A stretch of 53,851 nt of DNA, counting the filler, from a bacterium (lineage in GTDB: Bacteria > JBDRGX01): the NCBI GenBank assembly GCA_043817485.1. It is 8 parts of 8 records of this genome, joined end to end, with 100 filler letters (N's around TTAATTAATTAA, not from the genome) between each part and the next. Parts side by side here need not be neighbours in the genome. Positions count along the whole stretch, not along the records: positions 51,215 to 53,851 come from JBDRGX010000145.1; 7 more parts are not named here. One strand, given 5' to 3'. A program made the translations under genes and the position numbers. Position 1 is the stretch's first letter. Every line of letters begins with the position of its first letter. This document shows positions 51,612 through 53,851 of the stretch, piece by piece. The notes beneath the pieces were generated by a model, which did not search any database, was not told the DNA's origin, and saw only the letters and a list, made by a program, of their open reading frames with translations.

Positions 51612-52544
51612 TTATTTAATTTCTAATAAATGTGATGATTTTATATTTTTTTCGTAGTTTAAAAAAGATTCCATAAAAAGTTTTGTTTTTATATTTTCTT
51701 CTGTAATATATTTACCTTTAATATTACATTCTATTAATTTATATTCTCTTTTTACTAAATTTATTTTTTTAAACAATGGTAAATATTCTTTTCTTAAAAC
51801 TGTATAATTAACTATACTTCCTAATTCTGTAGAAAAAGCATAAGAAGAAGTTGCAATAGAGATACATTCATTAAATATACCTCCTTTAGAAATTATTCCA
51901 TTTGCTGGAGAATTTAATCCATCTAAATAAAAATATTCTTGTATAATAAAAAATCCATTATCTTCATTACATTTTCTTTCACACAATAAAAGAGATTTAT
52001 CTAAATAAAAAGCATTTGTTTTAAAAACATCCCATGTTTTATTATTATTTAATGGAAAGGAAAATAATTGTCTTGGTATCCATATTATGTCATTAATTTT
52101 TTCTTTATAATTATCATCTTTTATGGCTATGCCTATTTCTTTAATTTCATCTTCTTGATGAACTAAATAAAATTGTGTCCATTCCCAATTTGAAGGGAAA
52201 AATAAGCCATAAAAAGAATCTATTGCTAAATTACTATCAATCCAAATCCCCTCTTTTTTTTCTTTATTTTCTATTATTTTTAATATTTTAACACATTGTC
52301 CACTAATTAATTTTGATCCAACTACTTTTATTTTAAATTCATGCTCTAATTCATATCCAAAAGCATTTTCTTTACATTTATATTTCCACCAGTCTCCTAT
52401 AGATAAAGCATAATCTTTTGCTTTTAAAACTCCTTCGGGATAAAATGATTCTGATACATCAGTAGGTAATTTTAATTTTTTATTTCTACCACAACTTATA
52501 ATACATAAACAAATTATGATAATAAATAAATATTTTTTTTTCAT
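51612..52544 (-). CDS. hypothetical lipoprotein
   Basis: MKKK-hydrophobic-IISC lipobox. Confidence 0.65.
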   Translation of the reverse strand: MKKKYLFIIIICLCIISCGRNKKLKLPTDVSESFYPEGVLKAKDYALSIGDWWKYKCKENAFGYELEHEFKIKVVGSKLISGQCVKILKIIENKEKKEGIWIDSNLAIDSFYGLFFPSNWEWTQFYLVHQEDEIKEIGIAIKDDNYKEKINDIIWIPRQLFSFPLNNNKTWDVFKTNAFYLDKSLLLCERKCNEDNGFFIIQEYFYLDGLNSPANGIISKGGIFNECISIATSSYAFSTELGSIVNYTVLRKEYLPLFKKINLVKREYKLIECNIKGKYITEENIKTKLFMESFLNYEKNIKSSHLLEIK

Positions 52545-52545
52545 T

Positions 52546-53514
52546 TTATGTTTTTTCTTTTTTTTCTCCTAATTCAGAGATAGAATTTCGCATTTTTGTA
52601 TCTGCTTGAAGATTTTTTAAATTAAAATAATCCATAATACCTAAATTTCCTTTTCTAAAAGCTTCAGCAATTGCTTCTGGAATTTGTGCTTCTGCTTCTA
52701 CTACTTTTGCTTTCATTTCTTCAATTTTTGCTTTCATTTCTTGTTCTAAAGCTATAGCAAATACTCTTCTTTGTTCTGCTTTTGCTTGGGCTATTTTTTT
52801 ATCTGCTTCTGCTTGATCTGTTTGAAGTTGTGCTCCTATATTTTTTCCTACATCTATATCTGCAATATCAATTGAAAGTATTTCAAAAGCAGTTCCTGAA
52901 TCTAATCCTTTAGATAAAACTATTTTTGAAATTTTATCGGGATTTTCTAAAACTTCTTTATGACTTGCAGCAGAACCAATTGTAGTAACAATCCCCTCTC
53001 CTACTCGAGCAACAATTGTTTCTTCTCCAGCACCTCCAACTAATTTTTCTATTTTTGTTCTTACTGTAACTTTTGCAAAAGCACTTAGCTGAATTCCATC
53101 TTTTGCTACAGCTGAAATAGAAGGAGTTTGAATTACTTTTGGGATTACATAGTTTTTAATAGCTTCAACGACATCTCTACCAGCTAAATCAATAGCAGCT
53201 GCTTTAGCAAAAGATAATTCTATGCCAGCTTTATCTGATGATATTAAACCATTTACTACTCTAAAAACATTTCCACCTGCTAAATAATGAGCTTCTAATT
53301 CATCTATTTTTATATCTAATCCTGCCTTTATTCCCATAATTAAAGTATTTACTATTGTAGAAGGAACTACTCTTCTTATTCTCATTCCTACAAGTGTTAA
53401 AATATTTATTTTAACACCTGATGCATAAGCAGCTAACCAAAGTCTTACTGGAATTAAATGAGTAAATAAAAATAAAATAACTACAAAAAATATAAAAGCA
53501 AATATAATTACCAT
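52546..53514 (-). CDS. floA: flotillin-like protein FloA (YqfA/UPF0365)
   Basis: [40 protein letters not shown]. Confidence 0.93.
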   Translation of the reverse strand: MVIIFAFIFFVVILFLFTHLIPVRLWLAAYASGVKINILTLVGMRIRRVVPSTIVNTLIMGIKAGLDIKIDELEAHYLAGGNVFRVVNGLISSDKAGIELSFAKAAAIDLAGRDVVEAIKNYVIPKVIQTPSISAVAKDGIQLSAFAKVTVRTKIEKLVGGAGEETIVARVGEGIVTTIGSAASHKEVLENPDKISKIVLSKGLDSGTAFEILSIDIADIDVGKNIGAQLQTDQAEADKKIAQAKAEQRRVFAIALEQEMKAKIEEMKAKVVEAEAQIPEAIAEAFRKGNLGIMDYFNLKNLQADTKMRNSISELGEKKEKT

Positions 53515-53649
53515 AATTTTCTCCTATGTTAATATTTAAAAAATTAAATTTTTAAATATGTTTTTTAATATTTAACATTTTGCATGAATGATGTCATCGC
53601 TTAGTGTTTTTTTTATTTCATTATCTGTGTAAAATTAGCGATTTTACCT

Positions 53650-53677
53650 TCATAGTATAAATGTTATTATGTCAAGT
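53650..53677 (+). other. dif-like XerC/D site
   Basis: TCATAGTATAA-ATGTTA-TTATGTCAAGT; 11-6-11 layout, right arm 9/11 to TTATGTTAAAT. Confidence 0.55.
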
Positions 53678-53723
53678 TATTTATTGAATTGCCAGTATTA
53701 ATTCTTTCTCCAATAATAAGCAT
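53667..53723 (-). pseudogene. 5' stub resembling AcsE/pterin-binding methyltransferase
   Basis: AGGAG RBS then MLIIGERINTGNSINNLT*. Confidence 0.5.
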
Positions 53724-53749
53724 AAATTTTCTCCTAATTTTTATATATT

Positions 53750-53851
53750 ATACCAAGTCTCATTTAAATGCTAATTGTGTTGGCTTTGTCGTTGGCTCCT
53801 CCAATGTATTATTTCATACATTTTCGTCGCCTTCTCCTTGCCGCCTTATTA
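53750..53851 (+). mobile_element. second, intergenic copy of the ATACCAAG MITE-like element, cut by window end
   Basis: ataccaagt...gctaattgtgttggctttgtc...gtcgccttctccttg aligns with 29141..29301. Confidence 0.85.

Noticed and set aside
1-53851. CRISPR array, rRNA, integrase/transposase, reverse transcriptase or prophage genes
   Set aside because: No regularly spaced repeats or diagnostic motifs found by eye.

Overview
AT-rich bacterial draft/MAG sequence. It is eight contig pieces joined by seven artificial 100-nt spacers (N-run + TTAATTAATTAA + N-run), so gene neighbourhoods across spacers mean nothing. lpxB, a beta-barrel-like protein and prepilins indicate a diderm. A RACo-type corrinoid activator and an acsE-like stub suggest an anaerobe (inference). 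Housekeeping content: ilvD (frameshifted), maf, truA, clpPX, pdxB, hisA, lpxB, trpG/pabA-like, floA, tRNA-Pro(GGG) and tRNA-Leu(CAG). Surface and secreted content: glycosyltransferases, Wzc, alpha-2-macroglobulin, a C25 peptidase and pilins. Defence content: BrnTA and four restriction-modification loci. The most unusual signals are non-coding. (1) A ~159-bp MITE-like palindrome, carrying a second nested palindrome, is inserted in frame in the C25 peptidase; a free copy lies at the window end. (2) Integron attC-like and Xer/dif-like recombination sites sit at the borders of defence and secreted-protein genes, with no integrase in view. (3) A 140-bp repeated element end carries tandem NrdR-box-like palindromes. 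(4) A DUF4910-like peptidase is fused to an N-terminally truncated MqnA. Several homopolymer frameshifts suggest sequencing error or slippage. All family calls come from motif recognition by eye; no searches were run.
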